Positions 43,071 through 52,153 of a stretch of DNA of 64,000 bases are shown piece after piece. Origin of the DNA: Candidatus Latescibacterota bacterium (GTDB lineage Bacteria > Latescibacterota > UBA2968 > UBA8231). The stretch is taken from NCBI GenBank assembly GCA_965261395.1, contig OZ253462.1, positions 1,376,001 to 1,440,000 on the forward strand, written 5' to 3'. The notes beneath the pieces are model-generated. The model ran no database searches. It worked only from the letters and a program-made list of their open reading frames with translations, and had not been told where the DNA came from. The number at the start of each line of letters is the position of its first letter. Within the stretch, counting starts at the first letter, position 1. The position numbers were made by a program, and so were the translations under genes.

Positions 43071-43215
43071 AGTTAATCTGCCGCATCAACTCAACGGCTT
43101 CCAAGCGTTCATAAGGCGTTTTCGAGTGCCAGTATTCCCTTTCATCTGATTCTTCAGAAAGGGATATAATTGAAAAGACGCTCTTATCTATTTTGACGGT
43201 ATCTATTGCGCTCAT
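43003..43215 (-). CDS. small hypothetical protein (putative antitoxin partner of the nucleotidyltransferase)
   Basis: YWHSKTPYERLEAVELMRQINYGYD...RLQRVLEV; overlaps the NTase start. Confidence 0.65.
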   Translation of the reverse strand: MSAIDTVKIDKSVFSIISLSEESDEREYWHSKTPYERLEAVELMRQINYGYDPTTTRLQRVLEVAQLTSS

Positions 43216-44414
43216 GCGTTTTCCCTCATCTCTGACGACTTTAGCCCCCCTCTGCTTCTCAATAAAGCTACTACTTCATCAGCCTTTCTTTGGTACGCAT
43301 AGTCTAAGGGTGTTTCATTAAGAAGCCAACCATCGTCTTTCAAGTTGACCTTGGCTCCATACTTGAGCAAGAGCTTAGCCGTTTCAAGTGCATTATGCAT
43401 CGCCGCATAGTGCAGTGGCGTTTTTTTGTCGTCGTTGTTTCTCGCATGGACACCGGCTCCATGTTGGAGCAGGACTTCCGCCGTCTGATGAGCGTTGACC
43501 GTCGCCGCATAATGCAGTGGCGTGTTTTCGTTGTCGTTGTTGTCTTTCGCATGGACATCGGCTCCATGTTGGAGCAGGACTTCCGCCGTCTGATGAGCAT
43601 CCCTCTCTGCCGCAATGTGCAGTGGCGTGGCATCTAATACTTTATCGTTATCGTTTTCGCCATAGACTATTACAGACTTTGCGGCGACTTGGGCTCCATG
43701 CTGGAGCAGGACTTCCGCCGTCTGATGAGCGTTGACCATCGCCACCATGTGCAGTGGCGTGGCATCTAATACTTTATCGCCATTGCTATCGACTGCTGTG
43801 GCTCTGGCGGTGATCTGGGCTCCATGATTGAGCAGGACTTCCGCCGTCTGATGAGCATCCCTCTCTACCGCAATATGCAGCGGCGTGGAGCCGTTTTTGT
43901 CTTTCGCATTGAGGTCGGCCCCATACTCGAGCAAAACCTCGGCTGTCTCACAAGCATTCTTCCACGCCGCAGTATGTAGCAGCGTGGCTCCTTTCTTGTC
44001 CTTCACTTGAAGCAAAAGCAAGTTGGTAGGGCTGGTCTTGAGCAGGGACAGAACCAGCACAGACAGATTCAGATCGGCAGCAATATGTAGGTCGGTTTTG
44101 CCCTCTTCGTCCACAATCCGTGGATCCAAGGAAGGCAGGCGGCCTACCTGCTCGACAAACACCTGTTCCTGACGCTGCCGTTCCGCCGAATCAACATACT
44201 CTTCGCCCCTCGGTACTCCCAATAATCGGAAGACTGCTTCCATAGCTCCGAGCACCTTCTCCCTTATTTGCTCCGCTTGCTCAATCTGCTGCTTGAACTG
44301 CGCCACCTTGTCGCTTTGTGCCCTCTTGATCCTCTCAATCGTCAGATCTAGTTCGTCGTGTTCGTCACTAGCATCGCCAACCATCTCTTGCACCTTGTAG
44401 CTGAGATCGTCTAG
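43212..44414 (-). pseudogene. ankyrin repeat protein, 5' end cut by IS remnant
   Basis: About 8 TPLH..A ankyrin units; upstream part of ORF 43212-44819 is antisense transposase. Confidence 0.75.
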
Positions 44415-45050
44415 AAGTGGTTTCATAACTTGATAGGGAGTCAGGTTTTTTCTTTTTTTCGGTCTTCTATTTTTTTTGACCAGGAGTCCTGCCATGTCCC
44501 GCCATAGTTCCGAACTGACGGATACCCAGTGGTCGCCTATTGCTCCGCTGCTGCCGGAACCCCAAGCCTCCGCCAACGGGGGTCCCAAACCGATTCCCAA
44601 CCGCCCGGTGTTTGAAGGCATTTTGTGGGTGCTCCGTAGTGGCGCACGCTGGAAAGATCTGCCTGAGCAATACCCCTCGCCCAGTACGTGCTGGCGTCGG
44701 CTGCGGGCTTGGGAAGCCGACGGGATCTGGCTAAAGGCGTGGCGGGCCTTGCTGCGACCACTCGATGCGCAAGCTACCGGTTGAACCACAAGGAACGCGC
44801 GCCCTCCCTGCACCATCACCCCGCCGCGATTGTCCGCATGGCCGAGCCACCACCGAGGCCAGAACCACCACCGAGCGCGGCCACGCTCAAACCCGCCCTA
44901 TCTCGCCTCGTATCGGCAACCCTCCCCTTGCCGATCTACACCCACGCATTGACGCCAGATGGAGAACCAGACGACCGAGACCCGCAGAAAAATTTGAGAG
45001 CAGGCCCACCCCGTCGCCCCGATACGGGCTGATAGGAGAACACCCTTATT
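44413..45050 (+). mobile_element. IS5-family remnant fused to an unrelated 3' fragment
   Basis: IS-like end CTAG|AAGTGGTTTCATAAC, N-terminal transposase only, then a different Pro-rich frame; right boundary uncertain. Confidence 0.55.
44494..44784 (+). pseudogene. IS5 family transposase N-terminal fragment (DUF4096)
   Basis: ELTDTQWSPIAPLLP, GILWVLRSGARWKDLP, STCWRRL..W...GIW; no DDE domain. Confidence 0.85.
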
Positions 45051-45427
45051 TTTTTTAGTAATGTCCTTGCAAATAATGAGGTCGGCCCTGTACCATTACT
45101 CACTGGGGATCGACCCCACCAACATCATCACCGAGAGGACACCCCGGTATGTGCAAGGAGCAAGGAAAGCTTGGCGCAGTGGCACACATTGTAGCCACGG
45201 CCCGCGAAATGAACCAAGGATGCCCCGCCGCAAGTAGCATCCATAGCGCTATGTGTCGCGTCAATAAGCAGTTGGATACCAGAATCGAGCTTATTGCCGT
45301 TGTTGCCGCAAACGCGAAATGTTTGCCTCAAGGCCCCGCCTCCGCCCTAGACTGGATAGCCTCCGCCTCCTCGCAGATTGTCAAGGAGCTACGCCCTGGC
45401 GGATACCAACGATAAAAAACATTGCGG

Positions 45428-46285
45428 TCATCTTCGTCGGGCACCATAACGGCGCAAGACCTCGGCTGTCGCAGAAGCATCCCTGAATGTCGCATCGTAC
45501 AGCGGCGTACGGCCCTCGTTGTCTCTGGCGTTGACGTTGGCACCTTGCTTGAGCAAGACCTCGGCTGTCGCAGAAGCATCCCTGAATGTCGCATCGTGCA
45601 GCGGCGTACGGCCCTCGTTGTCTCTGGCGTTGACGTTGGCACCTTGCTTGAGCAAGACCTCGGCTGTCGCAGAAGCATCCCTGAATGTCCATGCCACATC
45701 GTGCAGCGGCGTACGGCCCTCGTTGGCCTTGGCGTTGACGTTAGCACCTTGCTTGAGCAAGACCTCGGCTGTCGCAGAAGCATGCCACGCTGCCGCAAAG
45801 TGCAGCGGCGTAAGGCCGCCGGCCTTGGCGTTGACGTTGGCACCTTGCTTGAGCAAGACCTCGGCTATCGCAGAAGCATTCCCCGTTGCCGCAGAGTGCA
45901 GCGGCGTACGGCCCTCGTTGGCCTTGGCGTTGACGTTGGCACCTTGCTTGAGCAAGACCTCGGCTGTCGCAGAAGCATGCCACAGTACCGCATCGTGCAG
46001 CGGCGTAAGGCCCCGTTTGTCTCTGGCGTTGACGTTGGCACCTTGTTTGAGCAGCGAAATAGCCAGCATGGGCAGGTCCAGTTCTGCTACGATGTGTAGA
46101 TCGGTTTTTCCTGCATCATTTATCTTACCCGGTGAGGGGCTACGCCCCACCGCAGCAACAAATGCCTGTTCTTGCCGTTGTTTCTCGGTTTGCTCGGCGG
46201 CTAGTCTTGCTTTTTCTGCTTCTGTGTCGCAGCCGAGGCTTCCGATGACCAAAGCCGCAACGAGTATTCTCCACATCATAGCCAT
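45428..46285 (-). CDS. ankyrin repeat lipoprotein
   Basis: Lipobox SLGC; six TPL(H/Y)...ASA(T/I)AEVL units. Confidence 0.9.
   Translation of the reverse strand: MAMMWRILVAALVIGSLGCDTEAEKARLAAEQTEKQRQEQAFVAAVGRSPSPGKINDAGKTDLHIVAELDLPMLAISLLKQGANVNARDKRGLTPLHDAVLWHASATAEVLLKQGANVNAKANEGRTPLHSAATGNASAIAEVLLKQGANVNAKAGGLTPLHFAAAWHASATAEVLLKQGANVNAKANEGRTPLHDVAWTFRDASATAEVLLKQGANVNARDNEGRTPLHDATFRDASATAEVLLKQGANVNARDNEGRTPLYDATFRDASATAEVLRRYGARRR
45454..46050. repeat. near-identical 96-105 bp tandem repeats encoding ankyrin units
   Basis: GCAAGACCTCGGCT unit starts at 45454, 45553, 45652, 45757, 45853, 45952. Confidence 0.9.
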
Positions 46286-46378
46286 CTCTTTACTCCTTAA
46301 GGATAGGGGCCGCCCGCATACTATCGATAAAGTAAAGAGCGGTTTGTATTGCCGCTTCCAGATTCACTCTTAGCGACC

Positions 46379-47518
46379 CTACACCCCAGCCAGCGCCTGC
46401 GCAAAGTCCGCGCACAAATCCTCGGCGGCCTCAATGCCGCACGACACCCGAACCAAACCGTCGGCTATGCCCATGGCCGCCCGCTCCTCTCGGCTCAAGC
46501 CGCTGTGCGACGTGGTGACTGGCCGAGTGATGAGGGTTTCGACCCCGCCGAGACTGGGGGCTGATGCCGGCAGAACCAGCTTGGACAGCAACTGTTCGGC
46601 GGCCTCCACGCCCCCGTGCAACTCAAAGCTCAACACCCCACCCGCCCCGGCAAACAGCCGCTGCGCCCGCTCGTATTGCGGATGGCTTTCCAGCCCTGGG
46701 TAATTCACCCGCGCCACCGGTGCCTGCTCGGCCAAAAAACGCGCGAGTCGCAACCCATTCTCGTCGTGTTGCCGCATTCTCAGCGACAAGGTTTTCAAGC
46801 CCCGTTGCAGCAGAAAGCAGGCGTGGGGATCTAGTGAGCCGCCCAAGTGATTCAGCTTGTGTCTAATGGCTGTGACGTGTGCAGCCGAGCCGACGACCAC
46901 GCCCGCGACGATATCCGAATGGCCGTTGAGGTACTTGGTCGCGCTGTGCAGCTCTATGTCAAACCCGATTTCCAGCGGGCGGAAGTTGCACGGCGACGCA
47001 AAGGTATTGTCGATCAGCGAGACTAGCCCGTGCTCGCGGGCAAACGCCACTACTGCCTCCAGATCGGCGACCTCTAATAGTGGGTTGGTCATGGTCTCCA
47101 CGTAAATCGCCCGCGTCTCGGGCCGCAGCTTGGCCGCCCACGTCTCAGGCGCATTGCCAGCGATAAAGTCGTAGCTCAGCCCCAAACCCGGCCCATCCTG
47201 CGTCACAAAGCCATGCGTGCCCCCGTAGAGGCAGTCTTGGATTAGCAGGTGATCGCCGCTGTTGAGTACGGTCAGCAGCGCAGTGGTGATCGCCGCCATT
47301 CCCGAGCCGGCGACTAAGGCGTCCTCGCCGCCGCAGACAGAGGCCAGTTTGGCGTGCAAGGCGCGGTGATTGGGCGTGTTGTTGAGACGGAGATAGCGGA
47401 TGGCGTCGTAGTCCTGCTCGTCTTGCGAGACAAAAGTCGAACTTTGGAAGATCGGCAGCACCACGGCACCGTCGATGCGCTCCTCGCCGGCGTGGACGAG
47501 GCGGGTCTGAATATCCAT
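46379..47518 (-). CDS. PLP-dependent trans-sulfuration enzyme (cystathionine gamma-synthase/methionine gamma-lyase family)
   Basis: SGMAAI, YGGT, ETMTNP, DNTFASP, HSATKYLNGHSD, SLGGVETL, RVSCGIE. Confidence 0.93.
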   Translation of the reverse strand: MDIQTRLVHAGEERIDGAVVLPIFQSSTFVSQDEQDYDAIRYLRLNNTPNHRALHAKLASVCGGEDALVAGSGMAAITTALLTVLNSGDHLLIQDCLYGGTHGFVTQDGPGLGLSYDFIAGNAPETWAAKLRPETRAIYVETMTNPLLEVADLEAVVAFAREHGLVSLIDNTFASPCNFRPLEIGFDIELHSATKYLNGHSDIVAGVVVGSAAHVTAIRHKLNHLGGSLDPHACFLLQRGLKTLSLRMRQHDENGLRLARFLAEQAPVARVNYPGLESHPQYERAQRLFAGAGGVLSFELHGGVEAAEQLLSKLVLPASAPSLGGVETLITRPVTTSHSGLSREERAAMGIADGLVRVSCGIEAAEDLCADFAQALAGV

Positions 47519-47535
47519 GTAGATTTCCTTAGTCA

Positions 47536-47666
47536 CTGATGTTACGCATAGGCCCCTAGGTATGGGATGCTTCGCTTCGCTCAGCATGACAAAGAAGGAG
47601 AGCGTCAGCCTCTGTCATGCGGAGCGGAGTCGAAGCATCTTATACCCGGGCCTGTGCATAACACCA
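47536..47666. mobile_element. palindromic MITE/REPIN-like element
   Basis: Ends CTGATGTTACGCA / TGCATAACACCA; whole element is an imperfect palindrome; CTTAGTCA direct repeat at 47528-47535 and 47667-47674. Confidence 0.75.
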
Positions 47667-47676
47667 CTTAGTCAGT

Positions 47677-49788
47677 TTACAGGGCAAATTGGGTGAGTAG
47701 CCGCTCGTATAGCCGAATGAAGTCCCGGCGGCCGTTGTCGCGATTGTAAACGTAGCACATGGGGTTGGGATTGATCTCTATAATAGAGAAACCGTCCGCG
47801 CTGTGGATGAGGTCGATGGCGTAAAAACCGAGCGAGTACACGCCAGCTACTTGCTCAGTTAGCTGTTGCATCTGGCGCAGCAGGGCCGCGTCCTCCACGC
47901 GCACGGCACGCCCGGTGGCCTGATGCAGCGGATTGAGGTCTCCGTCTGCGCCCACGGCCTCGCTCTCCTTGCGATAGGCCAGCAACAGCTCGTCGCGGCT
48001 GGCGACGATCCGATACTCTGGCCCGGCCACGTATTGCTGCACCAGCGCGACGTTGTCCAAAAAGGCGCTGTTTGCAAAGAGGGATTCGAGCCGTTGGCCC
48101 AAGGCGACAGCGTCGCGCTCCAAGAACACGCCCTGCGCCAGTGAGCTGTGGCACTTCTTGACCAATAGGGGGAACTCGAACCGCGCCACTACCTCCTCGA
48201 CGATTTCCGCAACCGTGGCGTGCGTCTTGTAGCGGTCGAAGCGCGCGTCGGCCAGCGGGTTGAAGAGCTTGAGCGTATCGGGGATGGGCAACCCGGCGGC
48301 GGCGAAATCCTCATACTGATATGCCTTGTCTTCGGCGAGCCGGGCCTCGACGTAGTCGTTGAAGGGATGCTTGTTGCGCCAGAAGCGCAAGGACCGCTGC
48401 CCGCCCGACAGCTTGAGCCGAGTGCCGTCGTCTGAAATCCACTCGCAGACGAGTCCCCGCCGCCGGCCCGCTTCGGCGACACATTCCAGATTCTCCAGCG
48501 CCATGTCTTCGGTGATGCCGTCGCGCTCGCCGGGCAAATCGAAAAACTCTCGCGCCCGCGCCACCAAGTGCAGAGACCCGGCCACGCAGACTCGGCCTTT
48601 GCGCCCCGCTAGCTCCAGTGCGCGCTTGAGCGCTTGACTGCTTGCGGGTACTTGCTCGACGGCTAGTCCGTCCGGTGCCAAGTTCGCCAGCACCGCTGGT
48701 GCCTGCGCCCGTGGATGGTCCGACGAAGTCAGCAAGACCCGCTGCGCCATCGGCGCTAGGGCGCGCAAGATTCCCGCCGCATCGTGCCCTGTTCCCGCGC
48801 CGACGACTAGCACCCATGCGTCGCCAGTATTGGCGACGGGACGCTCTCCGCTCAGCCGCTGTAACTCCCCGGCCAACGCCTCGGCCGCCGCTGGATTGTG
48901 CGCCCCGTCGAGCAAGACCAACGGCTTTTCTTGCGCCACTTCAAAGCGGCCCGGCCAGCGATGGGCCGCCACGACTTGGTGCGCCACTTCGTCTTTTAGG
49001 CCCCGGACGAGTTCCTGTGCTGCTTCAAGGGCCAGCCGTGCATTTTCCGCGTAGGTCGCCGGATGGCCCGTTAGGAGACCTAGGTGCCATTCCGTTCCAG
49101 CAACCTGCAACGTCACTTCTCGTTTTGCGCAGGTCTGCCGGATTAGGTCCATCACCTCGGGAGGTTGCGCCGCTGTGGTGACGAGGGCGCGACCCGACCG
49201 GGCGATGTGCAGCTTGTCAGCGGCGATTTCCTCCAAAGTATTGCCCAGCAGGTCCACGTGGTCTAGGCCGATGACCGTCAGGACTGCTAGCTCCGAGTCC
49301 CAGGCGTTGGTCGCGTCGTAGCGGCCCCCAAGCCCTACCTCGAAAACCCCGAACTCCACGCCCTGCTGCGCGAAGAGATAGACCGCAAGGCCGGTCAGGG
49401 CCTCGAACTTGCTGAACGACCCCAGCGCCTCCCGGCCAAAGTCGCGGGTGCAATCGTCGAGATGCGACACGGCGTCGGCCCATTGTTCCTTGCTGAGGAT
49501 CTCGCCGTCGATGCGGATCCGCTCGCGCTGGGTGTGCAGATGCGGTGAAGTGTACAGCCCGGCCTTGTGCCCCTGCGCCTTTAGGATGGCGGCGAGCAAG
49601 CTAGCGACCGTTCCCTTGCCGTTGGTGCCGCCGACAATGACCGAGCGAAAGCGCGCCTGCGGGTCGCCGAGGCGGGCCAGCAGGGCGCGCATCCTCGGCA
49701 GGTAATCCGCGATCGGCCCGAGCGCTGGACGGCCGACCTCCCAATCGGGCAGGGCGTCCAAATAGCGTTTGGCGCGAAAGTAATCCAT
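47677..49788 (-). CDS. folC: folylpolyglutamate/dihydrofolate synthase fused to a C-terminal ATP-grasp (RimK-like) domain
   Basis: GGTNGKGT, YTSPHL, EVGLGGRYDATN, WPGRFE, LDGAHN, GSLHLV; then DK...GLPIP, FPLLVK, LVQQYV..PEYR, AID...IEINPNP; alternative TTG start at 49812. Confidence 0.85.
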   Translation of the reverse strand: MDYFRAKRYLDALPDWEVGRPALGPIADYLPRMRALLARLGDPQARFRSVIVGGTNGKGTVASLLAAILKAQGHKAGLYTSPHLHTQRERIRIDGEILSKEQWADAVSHLDDCTRDFGREALGSFSKFEALTGLAVYLFAQQGVEFGVFEVGLGGRYDATNAWDSELAVLTVIGLDHVDLLGNTLEEIAADKLHIARSGRALVTTAAQPPEVMDLIRQTCAKREVTLQVAGTEWHLGLLTGHPATYAENARLALEAAQELVRGLKDEVAHQVVAAHRWPGRFEVAQEKPLVLLDGAHNPAAAEALAGELQRLSGERPVANTGDAWVLVVGAGTGHDAAGILRALAPMAQRVLLTSSDHPRAQAPAVLANLAPDGLAVEQVPASSQALKRALELAGRKGRVCVAGSLHLVARAREFFDLPGERDGITEDMALENLECVAEAGRRRGLVCEWISDDGTRLKLSGGQRSLRFWRNKHPFNDYVEARLAEDKAYQYEDFAAAGLPIPDTLKLFNPLADARFDRYKTHATVAEIVEEVVARFEFPLLVKKCHSSLAQGVFLERDAVALGQRLESLFANSAFLDNVALVQQYVAGPEYRIVASRDELLLAYRKESEAVGADGDLNPLHQATGRAVRVEDAALLRQMQQLTEQVAGVYSLGFYAIDLIHSADGFSIIEINPNPMCYVYNRDNGRRDFIRLYERLLTQFAL

Positions 49789-49808
49789 GTAGTGGGAAAG
49801 GGTGCGGC

Positions 49809-50858
49809 TCAACCGCCGCGGGTGTGCATCTCGCGGTGCGGATCCGCCTGTAAGGCTTCGACCGGATAGAGTGCGCCGCGCTGTGGGTCACGGCTGCGCT
49901 CTTCAGCGCTTTGGTCCGTCCGCCCCGCCCATCCAGCGCTAATACGCCTCACGAGCCGTTCGCGGTCGGCTCCGCTGCGTAGCAAGGGCTTTAGGTCGGT
50001 GCCTTGCTGTGCGTACAGACACGTGTACCACAGCCCGTCGGCCGTCAGCCGACTGCGGTCACAGGCCCCGCAAAACGGCTCGGAGACCGACGCGACAATG
50101 CCAAAGCGCGTCCCGTCGCTCAAGCGGAAGCGCTCTGCAGGCGCTGAGCCGCGCCCGGCCTCGCGCTCGATCGGCCCGTAGTGGGCCGTCAGCCGCGCCA
50201 GTATTTCCGCCTGCGACACGACCTTCTGCATAGACCATTGGGTTGCGCCGCCTACGTCCATGTATTCGATGAAGCGAACTTCGGCCCCTACCTCGCGCCC
50301 GAATTCGAGGAGATCCACGAGTTCGTCGTCGTTGAAATCGCGCATGACGACCACGTTGAGCTTGAGCGCGTCAAAGTTAGTGGTCGCGGCCGCCCGGATC
50401 CCCTCCAGCGCCTTGGCGTGAGTGCTGCGGCGCGTCAAGGCCGTGAAGCGCGTTGGATCTAACGAGTCCAAGCTGACGGTGATGCGCTGCAAACCAGCGG
50501 CCCGCAACGGCTCGGCCCACCGCGCCAATCGCGTGGCATTGGTAGTCATCGCCAAGTCTTCGACGAGGGGCAGAGCAGCGAGGCGGGCGACGAGCGCGGG
50601 CAGGTCAGCGCGCAACAGCGGCTCGCCGCCGGTCAGGCGGACGCTGCGGACGCCAACTTGGCAAAAGGCATCGACCACGCGCTCGATCTCGGCGGCGTTG
50701 AGGATGTCTTTACTGGGCAGCCAGGTGTAGTGCTCTTCGGGCATGCAGTACTGGCAGCGCAGGTCGCAGCGGTCGATTACCGACACGCGCAAAGAGGCCA
50801 ACGGGCGGCCCAAAAGGTCGCGCACTAACTTGGTTTTGGCAGGTGTTTCAAGGGCCAT
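49809..50858 (-). CDS. moaA: GTP 3',8-cyclase (Moco biosynthesis)
   Basis: RVSVIDRCDLRCQYCMP, TGGEP, RFIEYM, PFCGACDRSR...C, C-terminal GG. Confidence 0.95.
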   Translation of the reverse strand: MALETPAKTKLVRDLLGRPLASLRVSVIDRCDLRCQYCMPEEHYTWLPSKDILNAAEIERVVDAFCQVGVRSVRLTGGEPLLRADLPALVARLAALPLVEDLAMTTNATRLARWAEPLRAAGLQRITVSLDSLDPTRFTALTRRSTHAKALEGIRAAATTNFDALKLNVVVMRDFNDDELVDLLEFGREVGAEVRFIEYMDVGGATQWSMQKVVSQAEILARLTAHYGPIEREAGRGSAPAERFRLSDGTRFGIVASVSEPFCGACDRSRLTADGLWYTCLYAQQGTDLKPLLRSGADRERLVRRISAGWAGRTDQSAEERSRDPQRGALYPVEALQADPHREMHTRGG

Positions 50859-50981
50859 ACAAAGGCATCCACAGACGGTGTTAAAGAGACTTGAGAATAT
50901 AGAGAATCCCTAGCAGTGGGCAATGTTGGGCGAAGTCGGCGCGTTCTTGCTGTACGGAAGTCGGCGCGTGATATTAGGAAA

Positions 50982-51168
50982 CTGACGTTACGCAGTCTTA
51001 CGATCGTTTGGTCTATGTCCGGTCGATCATGCCGCTGTCATGCCTGCGAAAGCAGGCATCCAGAAATGCCCATTTGACGCCAGTGCGCTGGGCTGGATTC
51101 CCGCTTTCGCGGGAATGACGACGGGAGGCAGGAAGCTGAAGACGTTGTATAAGGCTACGTAACGTCAG
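50982..51168. mobile_element. MITE with terminal IRs and internal REP pair
   Basis: Ends CTGACGTTACGCAGTCTTA / TAAGGCTACGTAACGTCAG; inner GTCATGCCTGCGAAAGCAGGCATCCAG...CTGGATTCCCGCTTTCGCGGGAATGAC; flanks TTAGGAAA / TTAGGGAA. Confidence 0.75.
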
Positions 51169-51256
51169 TTAGGGAACTTGCACCGCCTGTGACGCCGACC
51201 GTAGAAGCGTTGCGGGCGGCGAATGGGACATTGCACCGCGCAACGAGAGGGGTCTA

Positions 51257-52153
51257 ATGAGTGCCACTGCCGCGATCCAAGAGATGCTCGCCGAGCACGG
51301 GTATGTCGCCGATCGCCAAGTTGTTATGTCCCTGTACCTCGCTCAGACCCTAGAGCGTCCGTTGCTCATCGAGGGACCGGCTGGCGTCGGCAAAACCGAG
51401 GTCGCCAAGGTCGTGGCCCGCGCCCTCGACACCGAGTTGATTCGCTTGCAGTGCTACGAGGGGCTAGACGCCCACGCCGCCCTGTACGAGTGGAACTACC
51501 AGCGCCAACTCTTGCATATCAAGCTCGACGAGAAAAGCCAACGTCCCCTAGCCGAGCGCGAGGCCGACCTCTTCTCCGAGGACTTCCTGCTCAAGCGCCC
51601 CTTGCTCCAGGCCATCACCCAGCCCGTCCCGCCAGTGCTGCTGATTGACGAACTCGACCGGGCCGACGAGGAGTTTGAGAGCTTCCTGCTCGAAGTGCTG
51701 TCCGACTGGCAGATTACCATCCCCGAAATCGGCACCATCCGCGCGACGGCGCGTCCGCACGTAATCCTGACCAGCAATCGCACCCGCGAGCTTTCCGACG
51801 CCGTGCGCCGCCGCTGCTTCTACCTGTGGATCGACTACCCGGAATTTGCCAAGGAAGTGGAGATCGTGCGCGGCAAGGTCGCTGGGATCGACGCTCAGCT
51901 CGCCGAGCAGATTTGTCACTTCATGGAAAAGATCCGCATGCAGCGCCTCGAAAAGATCCCCGGCGTCGCCGAAACCCTCGACTGGGCCAAGGCCCTCGTC
52001 GCCCTGCACCAGCACCACCTCGACCTCGAAGTCGTGGCGGATACCTTGGGCATTGTGCTCAAGGACCAGCGCGACGTGGCGCAGGTGAAGCAATCGCTGG
52101 CCGAGTTCTTGGAAGGATTGGGAGTCCGCGCCAAGCTGGCTCCAGAACGATGA
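51257..52153 (+). CDS. coxD: MoxR family AAA+ ATPase (CoxD-like)
   Basis: EGPAGVGKTE, RLQCYEGLD...YEWNYQRQLL, LIDELDRADEEFE, PGVAETLDW. Confidence 0.9.
   Translation: MSATAAIQEMLAEHGYVADRQVVMSLYLAQTLERPLLIEGPAGVGKTEVAKVVARALDTELIRLQCYEGLDAHAALYEWNYQRQLLHIKLDEKSQRPLAEREADLFSEDFLLKRPLLQAITQPVPPVLLIDELDRADEEFESFLLEVLSDWQITIPEIGTIRATARPHVILTSNRTRELSDAVRRRCFYLWIDYPEFAKEVEIVRGKVAGIDAQLAEQICHFMEKIRMQRLEKIPGVAETLDWAKALVALHQHHLDLEVVADTLGIVLKDQRDVAQVKQSLAEFLEGLGVRAKLAPER

Noticed and set aside
44415-44819. N-terminal part of the 535-aa ORF 43212-44819
   Set aside because: Antisense read-through of the IS5 fragment
45454-46050. CRISPR array or DGR template in the ankyrin repeats
   Set aside because: Units are codon-multiple and lie within an ORF; there are no unique spacers, cas genes or reverse transcriptase in the window
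50860-51250. Moco riboswitch upstream of moaA
   Set aside because: The hairpins are explained by the MITE/REP pair; no Moco RNA motif recognised
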